From the IMG/VR virus record IMGVR_UViG_3300046167_000912: 64,000 nt of DNA. One strand, written 5' to 3'. The stretch comes from an uncultured virus (IMG/VR IMGVR_UViG_3300046167_000912). Its lineage: Duplodnaviria; Heunggongvirae; Uroviricota; Caudoviricetes. A program made the translations under genes and the position numbers. Below the pieces are notes generated by a model. It was not told the origin of the DNA. It saw only the letters and a list, made by a program, of their open reading frames with translations, and ran no database searches. Shown here one piece after another: positions 8,854 through 19,300 of the stretch (within the stretch, counting starts at the first letter, position 1; every line of letters begins with the position of its first letter).

Positions 8854-9922
8854 GGTTCACCTCCTTAGCCTTTCCGAGCCACACTTGGTTCACGGGGCAG
8901 TATCCTTCGCATCTCGACACCAAACCATCAAGAGGGTTCTGGTGGTTATGTGCGTCTTGGCAGACTAACAAAACTTGACAGACTCTCTCCGCCGCGTAAG
9001 ATGCCGTAGGTGCGTGTATAAAGTCCTCACATGCCTTAGTAAGAAATACCTGTACTGCATTGGGGTACTCCTCTCTAACAAGGTTGGTCATGGGTACGAG
9101 AACTGTCTTATCTCCTTTACTGATAAGAAGGAAGTCATCGCCTCGGGCGACGGAGAAACACCCAATGAGAGTGCCTCCCCTTTTAGGCGTCACTTGCAGG
9201 TTGAGCCTCTCAAAATCATAGTCCGAGGGATCTACATCCAACACCTCAATATCATCTAAGTAGAAGCTGTCCTCTAAGATCTCGTCGAGAGAAACCTCTT
9301 CATTGAGAGTCTCTACCGCCTCTTCAGTGAGAGTCTCTACCGCCTCTTCAGTGAGAGTCTCTACCGCTTCTTCAGTGAGAGTCTCTACCGCTTCTTCAGT
9401 GAGAGTCTCTACCTCTTCAGTGGGAGTCTCTACCTCTTCAGTGGGAGTCTCTACCGCTTCTTCAGTGGGAGTCTCTACCGCTTCTTCAGCAGGAGTCTCT
9501 ACCGCTTCTTCAGCAGGAGTCTCTACCGCTTCTTCAGCAGGAGTCTCTACCGCCCCCGACTTCCAAGAAATAGATCGGGTGATCGCTTGTACAAGTAGCA
9601 GGTTCTCCACCCCATGTTGAAGAAATGCTTCAGTGGGGGTATCCTTAGTCTGTACCCAACCGCCTTCTATAGCGGAGTAGAAGGCTCTGGAAGGGGATTC
9701 TACAAGCCCCTTCTTTTTCAAGGTAAATAAGGCTTGGGTGATGTTCGCATAGAGCTTGTCAGGGTCATGCTCATATACGGTAGATTTCGCTATTTCCGCT
9801 ACCTTTTTAGACATAGCGATGTACTCCTCAACCAATGCCTTCTTCTTGACGGGTTTGGGCGAACGGGTGAGGAGTAGGTAGGTGTTGTTTTTTACGTTCT
9901 TAAAGTAACTGAGGTTCTTCAT
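8846..9922 (-). CDS. Hypothetical protein with acidic tandem repeat (possible N-terminal winged helix)
   Basis: 358 aa; EEAVET(P/L)(A/T) repeats; QALFTLKKKGLVESPSRAFY resembles a wHTH end. Confidence 0.75.
   Translation of the reverse strand: MKNLSYFKNVKNNTYLLLTRSPKPVKKKALVEEYIAMSKKVAEIAKSTVYEHDPDKLYANITQALFTLKKKGLVESPSRAFYSAIEGGWVQTKDTPTEAFLQHGVENLLLVQAITRSISWKSGAVETPAEEAVETPAEEAVETPAEEAVETPTEEAVETPTEEVETPTEEVETLTEEAVETLTEEAVETLTEEAVETLTEEAVETLNEEVSLDEILEDSFYLDDIEVLDVDPSDYDFERLNLQVTPKRGGTLIGCFSVARGDDFLLISKGDKTVLVPMTNLVREEYPNAVQVFLTKACEDFIHAPTASYAAERVCQVLLVCQDAHNHQNPLDGLVSRCEGYCPVNQVWLGKAKEVNHV
9306..9553 (-). repeat. In-frame 24/21-nt tandem repeat
   Basis: About 10 units of GAGTCTCTACCGCTTCTTCAG(T/C)nn on the plus strand. 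Confidence 0.9.
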
Positions 9923-10458
9923 ACGGGGTTTCCTCCTGTGTCTCTACAGACGGTTTCGTCATAAGGGCGTACAAGGTGTCGGGTGTATATTGGTAAGTTA
10001 AGGTTTACTTCAATGCATCGGCGGATACATCCAAGCTGGTTATTCGGCTTGCGGAGAGGGTAATGTCCTTGGATCACTTCACCTCTGAGGTAGTATGTGC
10101 CTTCTTTGTCTAGGAAGAAGGGCGAACCGTTCTTCCTAGTCAGACGATTACTGCGGTTTGGGTTGTAGGGGTTGCCTTGAGGAGACAGTGACATCTTAGC
10201 TGTTGTCACCAAGCCGCGAGGCCCAAAGACGACCTTGTTGACTTCACGCGGTGTCGCATCTGGATAAGGGTAGTCTGATGAGTCCCGCAAGGTGTCATTG
10301 ATGAGCTGAGTTACACTCTCTAGTGATTGATGGTTAGCCCAATCCTCGAGGAGTGCGACCCGCCGTTGGAGAACGTCGCGATAAGAGGAGTTGATCCTCA
10401 AGGTGAACAGGTAATCTTCACGTAAGTTCCTGCACTCAACGATAGGGTGATTAAGCAC
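9919..10458 (-). CDS. Hypothetical protein
   Basis: 179-aa ORF, GGAGG SD, overlapping neighbours. Confidence 0.7.
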   Translation of the reverse strand: MLNHPIVECRNLREDYLFTLRINSSYRDVLQRRVALLEDWANHQSLESVTQLINDTLRDSSDYPYPDATPREVNKVVFGPRGLVTTAKMSLSPQGNPYNPNRSNRLTRKNGSPFFLDKEGTYYLRGEVIQGHYPLRKPNNQLGCIRRCIEVNLNLPIYTRHLVRPYDETVCRDTGGNPV

Positions 10459-11218
10459 GGAGCACCTCCACGATACGATCTACCATCTTAACGGAGATCT
10501 CTTCTGCAGAGTTGCCTTCGATCCCATTAGGTAATCCTCGACCATCCACCCCAAGTCCAATTCCTACGAGGGTGACACCTTCTCCTAAGGCTTGAAGTCG
10601 GAGTGATTCAAGGTACTGCTTCTCACGACACTGTCCATCAGTGAGGAAGAAGGCGATACGGTGTGTCACATCATCCATGCGAAGAGCCATGTCGATAGCA
10701 GACACAGCATACGAGATTAAGCTCGTACCTCCACGAGGTCTGTAGCTAAGGAGTGGTTCGAGGTAAGCGTCCTTCCAATGCATAGACTCATCAATCGCGA
10801 CTGAGACGTGAGGGCAGTTTGGGGAACTCGCTGAGTTATTTGAGTATACATGATTGAACCGAACAATGCCCGAAGACGACTTGATCCCAAGTGAGTCCGC
10901 GAGGCTATGTATACCTCCCAACAGGTAGCAGATCTCAGCCCAACAAGAGGTATGCCTACCTCCGTTTAATGATGTGCTATGGTCTGAGGCTAGGGCGAAG
11001 CCCGCTTTCACCTTTTTCTCAATACGCCTCTTCGTGAATAGGCGGTGGTCTAAATGACCTTTCTCTAAGCCCACATATCCCTGAGCGATTCTGCGGCGGT
11101 TGAGGGTTACGCCCTCACGCCAATACTGATTGCTCCTGTCTATGTCTTCTAGGGCTCGTCGTAGCTTGTTCTTAGTCTTTACCAAGTTTTGTTTTACTGT
11201 TCTCAATCTCGGATTCAC
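10451..11218 (-). CDS. vWA (MIDAS) domain protein, CobT C-terminal-like
   Basis: DHSTS (DxSxS), RGGT, FFLTDGQ, LVGIGLG. Confidence 0.85.
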   Translation of the reverse strand: MNPRLRTVKQNLVKTKNKLRRALEDIDRSNQYWREGVTLNRRRIAQGYVGLEKGHLDHRLFTKRRIEKKVKAGFALASDHSTSLNGGRHTSCWAEICYLLGGIHSLADSLGIKSSSGIVRFNHVYSNNSASSPNCPHVSVAIDESMHWKDAYLEPLLSYRPRGGTSLISYAVSAIDMALRMDDVTHRIAFFLTDGQCREKQYLESLRLQALGEGVTLVGIGLGVDGRGLPNGIEGNSAEEISVKMVDRIVEVLRA

Positions 11219-12507
11219 TTCAACACCAACTTCCTGTAACTGATATTTTCATTGTTGGGTACATATATCTTGTGCCCAAATTTCTTCTCCACTATCTTAA
11301 TGTTCTCCTCCATCGCAGAGGAGGGATCCATCGCTTCTCCATCTCCTTCGAGGAGGGATGCGATCTTTTCAAGACCCAGAGAACCGTCTTTACCTCCTTC
11401 AGAGGTGGCTTGGTCGGAATCCCCACTTGAGTTTCCCCCCTCTGAGTCTTCATCTGAGTCTTCATCTGAATCCTCACCTGAACCCCCACCTGAGTCTTCA
11501 TCTGAGTCTTCATCTGAATCCTCGCCTGAATCCTCGCCTGAACCCCCGCTTGAGTCTTCATCTGAATCCTCACCTGAACCCCCACCTGAGCCTTCATCTG
11601 AGCCTTCATCTGAGCCTTCATCTGAATCCTCGCCTGAACCCCCACCTGACTCCTCGCCAGACTCTTCGCCTGACTTTTTATTTTTACGATTTGCATTCTT
11701 GTCTTCGGGGTCTTTAACAAGGTCTGCAATTTCATTGAGAAGCTTTAGTCCGCAAGCGAGAGGGAGGTGTGCGGTGTCTTCGAGAGCACCCTCCTTCAAA
11801 ACCTGTGACCAGATGGGCTCTAGTTTTTCTACGAGGTCGCGTGCCTCTTGGCTATACTCTTGATAAACTTTCTCAGCCGCCTCATCTCTCCAGCCCTTCC
11901 CTTTATCTCGAAGAGCCATGAGGAAGTCACCCGCGAAGGAAGTCCCCCTCCCCTCACTTTCGAGTTTATGCACCCAGCGTTGGATAGCAAAGAAGTCAGG
12001 GACAGAGGCTGGGTACTCCTTACCAACCCAACGCTCAAGGCGGATGTCGGCGAGGAGGTTGACCCATTTGTGTAAGTTTGCTCTGCTGTAAACTTGAGGC
12101 TTTAGCTTGATGTGCTTCACAATCTTCTTATTGAATTCGAACTCGGGGGGATTGGGGTGACCTGCTCGATCTGCGATGGCGTGACCTACTTCGTGGCGAC
12201 CTCCGCCACGCGACGCCGCGAGTGATAGGTCACAGATCTTCAAAACTGACTCCGAAGGAGTGTATAGAGTGACATCGCGGAGGTCTGCGGATCTATGCCA
12301 AGGCTGAGAGCCTCGTTGTCTCCAGACGTTGTCTGCTGGAGTAGACATTATGTGTCGGGTGTATCCCAACCACGGAAACTCGGCTAAGATTGCAAAGCCC
12401 GACCCTTGCTGCATTCGGTACGTGAAATTTTCGGGGAGTGTGCTGAGCAACCCTAAGAACGCCCCCTTCATCGAGGCGTACTTTTTTCTACTTTCATATG
12501 GGTTCAT
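11215..12507 (-). CDS. CobT N-terminal-like protein (HExxH motif + acidic linker)
   Basis: RHEVGH, NLLADIRLER, long G/S/E/D linker; start moved to ATG 12507 after AAGGA. Confidence 0.8.
   Translation of the reverse strand: MNPYESRKKYASMKGAFLGLLSTLPENFTYRMQQGSGFAILAEFPWLGYTRHIMSTPADNVWRQRGSQPWHRSADLRDVTLYTPSESVLKICDLSLAASRGGGRHEVGHAIADRAGHPNPPEFEFNKKIVKHIKLKPQVYSRANLHKWVNLLADIRLERWVGKEYPASVPDFFAIQRWVHKLESEGRGTSFAGDFLMALRDKGKGWRDEAAEKVYQEYSQEARDLVEKLEPIWSQVLKEGALEDTAHLPLACGLKLLNEIADLVKDPEDKNANRKNKKSGEESGEESGGGSGEDSDEGSDEGSDEGSGGGSGEDSDEDSSGGSGEDSGEDSDEDSDEDSGGGSGEDSDEDSDEDSEGGNSSGDSDQATSEGGKDGSLGLEKIASLLEGDGEAMDPSSAMEENIKIVEKKFGHKIYVPNNENISYRKLVLK
11441..11672 (-). repeat. In-frame 12-nt-based acidic repeat (GGSGEDSDEDS)
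   Basis: Reiterated CTGAGTCTTCAT / CTGAATCCTC units on the plus strand. Confidence 0.85.
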
Positions 12508-12532
12508 TTTTTTCCTTTCTTTAATATTAACA

Positions 12533-12607
12533 CTTATCGAAAGGAGCGAGGGTACACCTGTTTTTTTTAACAAGATAAAGAGGCGACCGTGACCTTGTTT
12601 TGATAAG
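12533..12607. promoter_or_regulatory. Back-to-back promoter-like motifs GTGWC-N14-GATAAG
   Basis: Minus GTGTA-N14-GATAAG (12533-12557) and plus GCGAC-N14-GATAAG (12583-12607) between divergent operons; similar motifs elsewhere. Confidence 0.5.
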
Positions 12608-12648
12608 TGGGGTATCAAAAAGAATTAACATCAAAGGAACAAGAGAAC

Positions 12649-13794
12649 ATGAAGACAGATATTACCCAACACTTAGCGATGACATCCTACTATGGTGTAC
12701 CCGTAGTAAAAGTTCCAGCCACCAAACAAGAACTCATAAATGGGGGATCTGCAGTGATCGAACACAGCCCTTATTATGTAGAGGATGAAAAGCCGTATAA
12801 CGCCTTACAGAAGGCTACGCTCATCATCAAAGACAATCATATTCAAGTGATTGGGCCTACGGGGGCAGGTAAAGATGAATGGGGTCGTCAGCTCGCCGCG
12901 AAGACAAGTCGTCCCATCGCACTCTTCAACTTTAACGACGAGGGTGACACCAGCGGGTGGGTGACTCGCACCACACTTGTAAAAGAGGATGGTGTCACAA
13001 TCACCGCTGAAGTTGATGGATCTCTGAGACGAGCCTGTCAGGGCTTAGTGATCTACCGAAGACTCGGTAATATACTCCCAGGCGTGGATACAGAGATAGA
13101 CCTCGACGCACTCATCGCTGAAATGCAGAGTCACGATTGGAGGGTAGAGCATATTGAGGAAGATGTGTATAAGATCACTATCCCCTTCATCATTCAGATC
13201 CAAGACGCAGACCGAGCTTGCCTTGAGCCTCTTCGTCAAGCTTGCGAGTTGAACAAGGAGATGTTGACAGATCCTGTGACAGGAGAAGCTTTCCCTGTTC
13301 TTCGAGGCACACGCTTTATCTTCACAGGTAACTCGGGGGTTGATGGTGACGGAGGGCGAGGCATGATTGTGAAGCAGAAGGATGCTTCTATGGCAAACCG
13401 TATGTCCGCGATCCGCGTATCTCACCCCTCAGAGGATGTTGAGAAACAAGTTTACAGCCGACAATTCCCACAGCTCACTGATTACGAAATCGGGGTGGTC
13501 ACTCGGTGTACCATCGCACTGAGGGAGGTTTGCATTCAAGAGAATCTCGCTCTGGATGTATCTATGCGTCAGGGACTCGCATGGATCTCTCACGCAGTGA
13601 GTTTTCAGAAATTCTACGGATGTAAGTTCATGAGGGCTCTCAAGGAGAGTCTCGACTCAATTACGGGTCACTTCATGGAGGTTGAGAACGCTCAACTCTT
13701 TAAGTCTGCAGTCGCTGTCTTCCTCGTCAATGAGGATCAGGCTCAATCAAACCCGGATCCTAAGATCCAATCTTGCCCTATCGACAACACTTGA
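12649..13794 (+). CDS. MoxR/CobS-like AAA+ ATPase
   Basis: Walker A GPTGAGKD, Walker B-like IIQIQDADRA, sensor FIFTGN, DASMANR, SMR; adjacent vWA partner; start ATG 12649. Confidence 0.85.
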   Translation: MKTDITQHLAMTSYYGVPVVKVPATKQELINGGSAVIEHSPYYVEDEKPYNALQKATLIIKDNHIQVIGPTGAGKDEWGRQLAAKTSRPIALFNFNDEGDTSGWVTRTTLVKEDGVTITAEVDGSLRRACQGLVIYRRLGNILPGVDTEIDLDALIAEMQSHDWRVEHIEEDVYKITIPFIIQIQDADRACLEPLRQACELNKEMLTDPVTGEAFPVLRGTRFIFTGNSGVDGDGGRGMIVKQKDASMANRMSAIRVSHPSEDVEKQVYSRQFPQLTDYEIGVVTRCTIALREVCIQENLALDVSMRQGLAWISHAVSFQKFYGCKFMRALKESLDSITGHFMEVENAQLFKSAVAVFLVNEDQAQSNPDPKIQSCPIDNT

Positions 13795-13807
13795 GACAAG
13801 GAAGACA

Positions 13808-14395
13808 ATGTTTGACTTTGATTGCACCAGAATACCTGACACGCTCTACGTCAAAGAGGTCGGAGACCCTGTCGAGGTTGCCACAACTAGCCAAGTCCGA
13901 GATGTAGATGCCCCACAAGGACTCTACATCTCGGACACTCCAGAAAAGGAATCGGTCGTCGAAGACACCGCCTCGTACCCAGCGACAGTAACAACCACCC
14001 TATATAGCTCAATCACCCCTATAATGATTGAGGGGTGGGTCAAAACCACTACTTGCTACAAGAAGCATAGTACCAAATCATCAATCTGTAAGACCTGTCC
14101 CATTCAAGCACAGTGTCGAACAGTAAAAACTGTGTCTCTCAATGCAAAGAACAAGAAGAAGAGAGAAATTAAGCAACTTGAAGAGAGAGCCTCGAAGGTT
14201 GGGTTCTCTCTCAAAGGGGTTAAACTCCCAGATCTAGAAAACAATATAACTTTCTATGATTGCAAGTTTGAGATCCCCTGTGTGTTATCGGGGAAGCCCA
14301 TTGTACTAGGTGAGTCCTTCGTACATATCAAAGGCTTCGGGGCTGTGAAGGCAGATACCCTAGATATACTCAAAGACTATAAGGAAATGAAATGA
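13808..14395 (+). CDS. Cys-rich hypothetical protein
   Basis: C-x10-CKTC-x5-C motif; start ATG 13808 after AAGGA. Confidence 0.7.
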   Translation: MFDFDCTRIPDTLYVKEVGDPVEVATTSQVRDVDAPQGLYISDTPEKESVVEDTASYPATVTTTLYSSITPIMIEGWVKTTTCYKKHSTKSSICKTCPIQAQCRTVKTVSLNAKNKKKREIKQLEERASKVGFSLKGVKLPDLENNITFYDCKFEIPCVLSGKPIVLGESFVHIKGFGAVKADTLDILKDYKEMK

Positions 14396-15093
14396 AAGAC
14401 TTAGTACAACAAGCGATTGACACTCATAAAGCAATCTACGGCGTAGAACCTCCCTATGAACCATATAGAGGGGCGAGTGACCACCCTTTTGAAGGGATTC
14501 ATCCAACCCTCATGCAAGAGCTAACGAACGCGACAGTAGCAAAGTCCTTTGAGAGGAAATTCAAAAGAGAACTCAACAGAAGTCACAAGGCAGAGGGAGA
14601 CTTCAAAGTTGGCGACTTTGTTAGAATAAAGAGAATGAGTCGAGTGTCCTCTCCTATGAAATCAGGGAAGATCTTATTTATAGAAGGTGAGTACTACGGC
14701 GTAGTTGACCTGAATAGTATAAAAAAACCTTGCCTTACAGTGGTTCGAGCCAGCGGGGAGGTTCTCGCGAAAAGAACTCCCGCTCACGGTGAGAGAGACG
14801 CATGGGATGAGGCACTTTCGTTAAGCCAATCTAATCTCCAATCCGAAGTTGAAGTCACGAAGTGGAAAAAAAGGTCAGATATCCATCACCACTCCGAAGA
14901 AGACCTCGCCATATATGTACACCATGAGATTTCAAACCTAAAATACCTGTGGGTAACTCATATCTACCCTAGTAATATTCTCAAGGTGAGGCTAAACTCA
15001 TCTAAAGACAGAAAAGATGGGTGGAATGCAGAAAAGTACATCTGGGCAAGTAAAGTGCGGATTGCAGAAGAGTCTAGTACAACAAGCGATTGA
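14392..15093 (+). CDS. Hypothetical protein (shares N-terminus with next gene)
   Basis: LVQQAIDTHKAIYGVEPPYEPYRGASDHPFEG; SH3/KOW-like FKVGDFVRI. Confidence 0.75.
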   Translation: MKDLVQQAIDTHKAIYGVEPPYEPYRGASDHPFEGIHPTLMQELTNATVAKSFERKFKRELNRSHKAEGDFKVGDFVRIKRMSRVSSPMKSGKILFIEGEYYGVVDLNSIKKPCLTVVRASGEVLAKRTPAHGERDAWDEALSLSQSNLQSEVEVTKWKKRSDIHHHSEEDLAIYVHHEISNLKYLWVTHIYPSNILKVRLNSSKDRKDGWNAEKYIWASKVRIAEESSTTSD

Positions 15094-15661
15094 CACTCAT
15101 AAAGCAATCTACGGCGTAGAACCTCCCTATGAACCATATAGAGGAGCGAGTGACCACCCTTTTGAAGGGGTGCCTGAAGAGCTCATAAAAGATCTCCTCA
15201 ATCGAGACAAGGTCGATAGACACCTCAAACAGTATAAGAAGGGACTAGCCGAGAAATATAAAGCAATCGGCGTGTACTCCTATGTGACTATCAGAGGCGA
15301 CACACAAGAAGGACTTATGTCTCTACAGTGTACGGCAAAGTGGGTTCTTGTTTTTAGCCTTCCACAAGGATGGGTTAAATTCTACCCCAGATCAAAGATC
15401 GTATCCCGTGTACCAGAGCCTAGTGAAAGAGACCGATTCTCTGACACACTCGATAAGACCATACATCATGGTCATGAATACTTAAGTGGGAAAAGAGTCC
15501 TTGACATCCATAGCTTCAACGAGGGTGTCATCATAGAGTCCTTCTCTAACCCTCTAGGTTATACAGATCCAAGCCTCCCCATAATCCCCCTCTCTGGAGT
15601 CGTCGATTTCAACACTCATACTGAGCTGAGGTCAATTAACGCAGTTAAACTCTTACCCTGA
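15062..15661 (+). CDS. Hypothetical protein (duplicated N-terminus)
   Basis: 95-nt near-perfect repeat 14402-14496 / 15075-15169; start uncertain (TTG 15062). Confidence 0.65.
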   Translation: MQKSLVQQAIDTHKAIYGVEPPYEPYRGASDHPFEGVPEELIKDLLNRDKVDRHLKQYKKGLAEKYKAIGVYSYVTIRGDTQEGLMSLQCTAKWVLVFSLPQGWVKFYPRSKIVSRVPEPSERDRFSDTLDKTIHHGHEYLSGKRVLDIHSFNEGVIIESFSNPLGYTDPSLPIIPLSGVVDFNTHTELRSINAVKLLP

Positions 15662-15702
15662 GCCTGACATTCACATTAAAAGTGAGTTTCAGGCTCTTTT
15701 TT
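15660..15702 (+). terminator. Rho-independent terminator
   Basis: GAGCCTGA...TCAGGCTC stem followed by a T-run. Confidence 0.75.
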
Positions 15703-15725
15703 GTGTGCGGGTTTAACATTATTTG

Positions 15726-15822
15726 TAGTTTATTTATGCCTAAGCCTATACGGTTTCCTTTTATGGTGTTAAGGTGTTGGTTTCACGCCAATACAGCTTA
15801 GACAACCTGAAAGATAGGCTTA
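15726..15822 (+). promoter_or_regulatory. TA-N5-TYTAT motif and structured leader before putative structural operon
   Basis: TAGTTTATTTAT 15726-15737; TAAGCCTAT 15741-15749 pairs with ATAGGCTTA 15814-15822. Confidence 0.6.
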
Positions 15823-15828
15823 ATCACT

Positions 15829-16380
15829 ATGATCAAGGAAAAAATAGCGACGGGGTTTCCGCATAAGACCGCAGTCTCAACGCCACACCAAGTCGCCATA
15901 GCGAGGGGTGTAGATAAGGGTATTAGGAGCTGGCTAAAGACCTTTGTTTTTGTAGGTCGGGGGGTAGGTCTCATAGGTTCAGGTGTGGCTTCTGGTATCT
16001 ATGCAGTTCCTTACAATGCAGGCTTAATGGAAGTGGGTTTAAAGGCGGGGGGGATGAGGGGATCTTTACTGAGTGATCTAACAGTGAGCTTAACGAGAGG
16101 TGTGAGTGGTGTGTACCAACTGAGTGGTGTGAGCTCTGTTGTGGGTTCAGGTAGTTTCACGGGTAGCGGTCAAGGTATGGGGTCGGAGGAGCTTCTATAT
16201 GTGAGCATCAGGGGATGTTTATTGAGCGAGGGGGTAGTGGGTAGTTTTGATATGAGCAGGGGTATTAGTAAAGGTGTAATTAACCTAATGAGGTCAGGTA
16301 TAGTCAAACAGGGTTTAATCAAGGGTGCGGTAGGATCTGCGTCCTCATCAGGTCGTGTGGCCTTGAGCATAGGAGTATAG
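15829..16380 (+). CDS. Gly-rich putative virion protein
   Basis: 183 aa, first gene of the operon containing the 2983-aa ORF. Confidence 0.55.
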   Translation: MIKEKIATGFPHKTAVSTPHQVAIARGVDKGIRSWLKTFVFVGRGVGLIGSGVASGIYAVPYNAGLMEVGLKAGGMRGSLLSDLTVSLTRGVSGVYQLSGVSSVVGSGSFTGSGQGMGSEELLYVSIRGCLLSEGVVGSFDMSRGISKGVINLMRSGIVKQGLIKGAVGSASSSGRVALSIGV

Positions 16381-16382
16381 AG

Positions 16383-19300
16383 ATGATACTTGATGTACGT
16401 AGCGGAGAAGACAACAGTAAGGATACGGGTCTCAGTCTTAGGCGTGTGGATGGTCATGTGAGCTTTATTGGGGGAGAGCCTGTACGTATGGGGAGAGTAT
16501 CTCACGCGGCGGTAGGGGATTTAGGGGACGTGTTATTTTTGGCTTCGGGAGATGGTGATATTGGGGTTACTTCTAGGCCTGTGACTTTTAAGAAGCTTTT
16601 TACTCTTGGTGTTAAGCATTATTACGGCACGGGTTTAAGGGATGGTATTGTTAATGAGGTTCGGGGAGAGGGGGGGCAAGTTCTGAGGTTATTATATGGG
16701 GGGAGTGTAGTGGAGAGTGAGACTGATGATTTGGTGCTGGGGGTTGGAGATGTGGGGTTGGGGTTTTGGTGGACTCGTAATGATGTTGAGCGAGTCCGTT
16801 TTGAGCATAGGGGAGCGTCTTGGTCTTTACTGAAGGGAGGGGCAGGTGAGGACGTAGGTGTTGTAGGAGGGGAGCTAGAGTCTTTAAACAGTCTGGATGG
16901 AGTATTGAGGGTTGGAGATCGGGTATATGACATTGGGGTTGATATACCTGTAGAGGAGGATGACAGTAGGCTTTCAGAGTTTGTAGCCATTGTGTTGTCA
17001 GGTACGGGTGAGTTGTTGTTTTCGGGTTCTGAGGTTGATCTTGGGGATCGGGTGATTCACCTTAGAGGTTCAGGGGCAGTTAATGGTTGGGGGGGGTTGG
17101 TGAGCGGTGATTATTTATCGCCTAGACCTTCACCTTGTGAGCGTCCGTTATTGAGGGATGGACACAGGGGGTACATGGAGGTACGCCGTGTAGTTGATTT
17201 CAGTGCAGAGGTTGATTTTGGTGTTGTGGAGTTGAAGGCGAGTGGTGAGATTAAGGTAAGTTCCTTGTTGAGCGGTGAGTTATCCTACGACGGTCTAGTG
17301 CTGGGTCATCTTGTATTGGATGATGGTCACGACTTGGGGGGTGCGATAGGGTCTGTGGACATACCTGTTGACATGTTGCCTGACGGTACGGGTTTGAAGC
17401 CTGTGGGATCAGCTACGAGCTTCAGGAATGACGGTAGTGGTCTTGTGTATGCCTATAGGAACAGTCGTCATTGGGTATCGGTAGGCGGTGAGTTATTGGA
17501 GGTTTTGTTTGTTGACGAGTTGCCGCGTAGATTAGACCGTAACTTTGGTTATGTTGAGCGTGGTAGTCGTCGGGTCATACTGAACGCATCTTGGTCGGGT
17601 GAGGTAATTTCGGGAGGACACAGGTTATATTTAGGAGAGGTGTCTTGTGTTCTTAATCGTGTTGTATCTCACTTGTCCTCTAAGAATTGGGGTGTAGATT
17701 CAGGTGTCTTCACTTTAACGAATGGTGAGGAGATCAGCTTTGACAAGGTGTCTGTGACAGGTGCTGGAGTTAGCCTTGAGGTCGGGCATCTTGTATTGGA
17801 TGAGGGTTTAGAGGTCTCAGCCTTGAGTGATATCTCTGTACTGAAGGGTGTGGGTTTGATTGCGGGGTCATCGACGGGCTTAGTTTTGGAGCTTGGCGGT
17901 GGTACGGTGTCGGGTTATTACTCTTACGAGGAAGAGTCTGTAGGAGATGTGAGTGGTACAGACTATCAGCTTTTAACCTTTGACCCGCGTCAGGATTTCT
18001 CTAACAGTTTCAAGGTTGGAGACAAGGTGCTTATAGAGAACGAGGACTACATTTATGTCTCTGACCCTAGAGGTTTTCGTTGGGTTGTGTCTCAGCAGTT
18101 ATCTGGAGAAATCCGAGAACCCACCTCGAGGTTGTTCTTAGGTCACGGGGTGATGTCGAACACAAGTTCTTTGACATTGAAGCGTGAGTTGGTTGAGGGT
18201 GGGATAGAGAGTGTGGATTACACAGAGGGTGTTGGCTATAACCTAGAAGGTAGTCAACTCACCTTGAAGAGAGATGTAGGTGAGGAGTTGACCCGCGGTG
18301 TTGGTGTTGGTGAGGGTATGGAGTTGATAGGGGGCGACGTAAGTCTTATCTCTAGTGGGGATTGGATCAATTGGCAAGGTTACTTCTACAAGGTTGAGTC
18401 TTTGAATGGGGTTGTGGTATCTCTCAGCGGGTCTGTGAGCCGAGGTTCGGGTATTTGGATTGCATATAAGGGCTATCGTGAGGGTGTTCTAGGGTTGGAG
18501 ACCCCAGACTCTTCTAGGCTATGTGGCGAGGTGTTTTCGGAGATTCGAGCTGGGGGTGAGGTTGTCGTTTACAAGGTATACAACAATCTTGCACTTGGGT
18601 CATCGGGGCTGGGTTCAAGTCATATTTTAAGGAGCGGTGACATAGACGTTCCGCTTTATATATTGAGGGAAGAGAATGTAGAAGCTCCTCAATATGTTTT
18701 CGCGGAGGGTGACGCTCATGTCACTTCTGGCAGTTACGTCTTGAGGGTTGGGGGGGTTGATTATCAGCAGGGGGTAGCACAGGGGATCTACCGCTTTGTA
18801 GTTGAAGGGGATCGCTTTGTATTTCAAGTAGAGGACTCAGGTATTTGGTCAGAGGATGCTTCTTGGGTAGAGGGGGATGTGATCCTGAGACGTGTTCCGA
18901 GGGTTGGTTTGCAGGATTGGGCGGAGGTTAGTCTTACAGGAGATGATCTTTCTAGTCCTTTTGAGAGCTTTGATCAGTTTTTAACTTCAGAGGAGGGTGT
19001 TACTTTTAACAAGAGTTCAGGGGCGATTAGTTTCGCAGAGCCTTTAGAGAGAGGTCTGGGTGTTGAGGTCTCTTATGTCGGTTTAGACGGTGTGCGTGTA
19101 CTAGAGACTTTGATCTTTTCGGTGCTTGGTGAGGTGATGACGAGAGAGTCGGAACGATCCTATGTGTTTAATGGTGTAGGTCTAGAGGTAGAGCTAGAGG
19201 TGACACCTAGTGTCTACGTCAACAGCGAGTTGATCTCTGGTCACCTGTACAGCTTTGGGCCTTCAGAGGTGATCTTTAAGTTTGACGTTGAGGCAGAGGC

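Noticed and set aside
11252..11863. Alternative-frame ORFs (SSESS, QMK, HLSL repeats)
   Set aside because: Shadows of the acidic linker repeat in 11215..12507
14402..15169. Repeat pair as a DGR template/variable region
   Set aside because: Single mismatch, located at 5' ends of genes, no reverse transcriptase in the window
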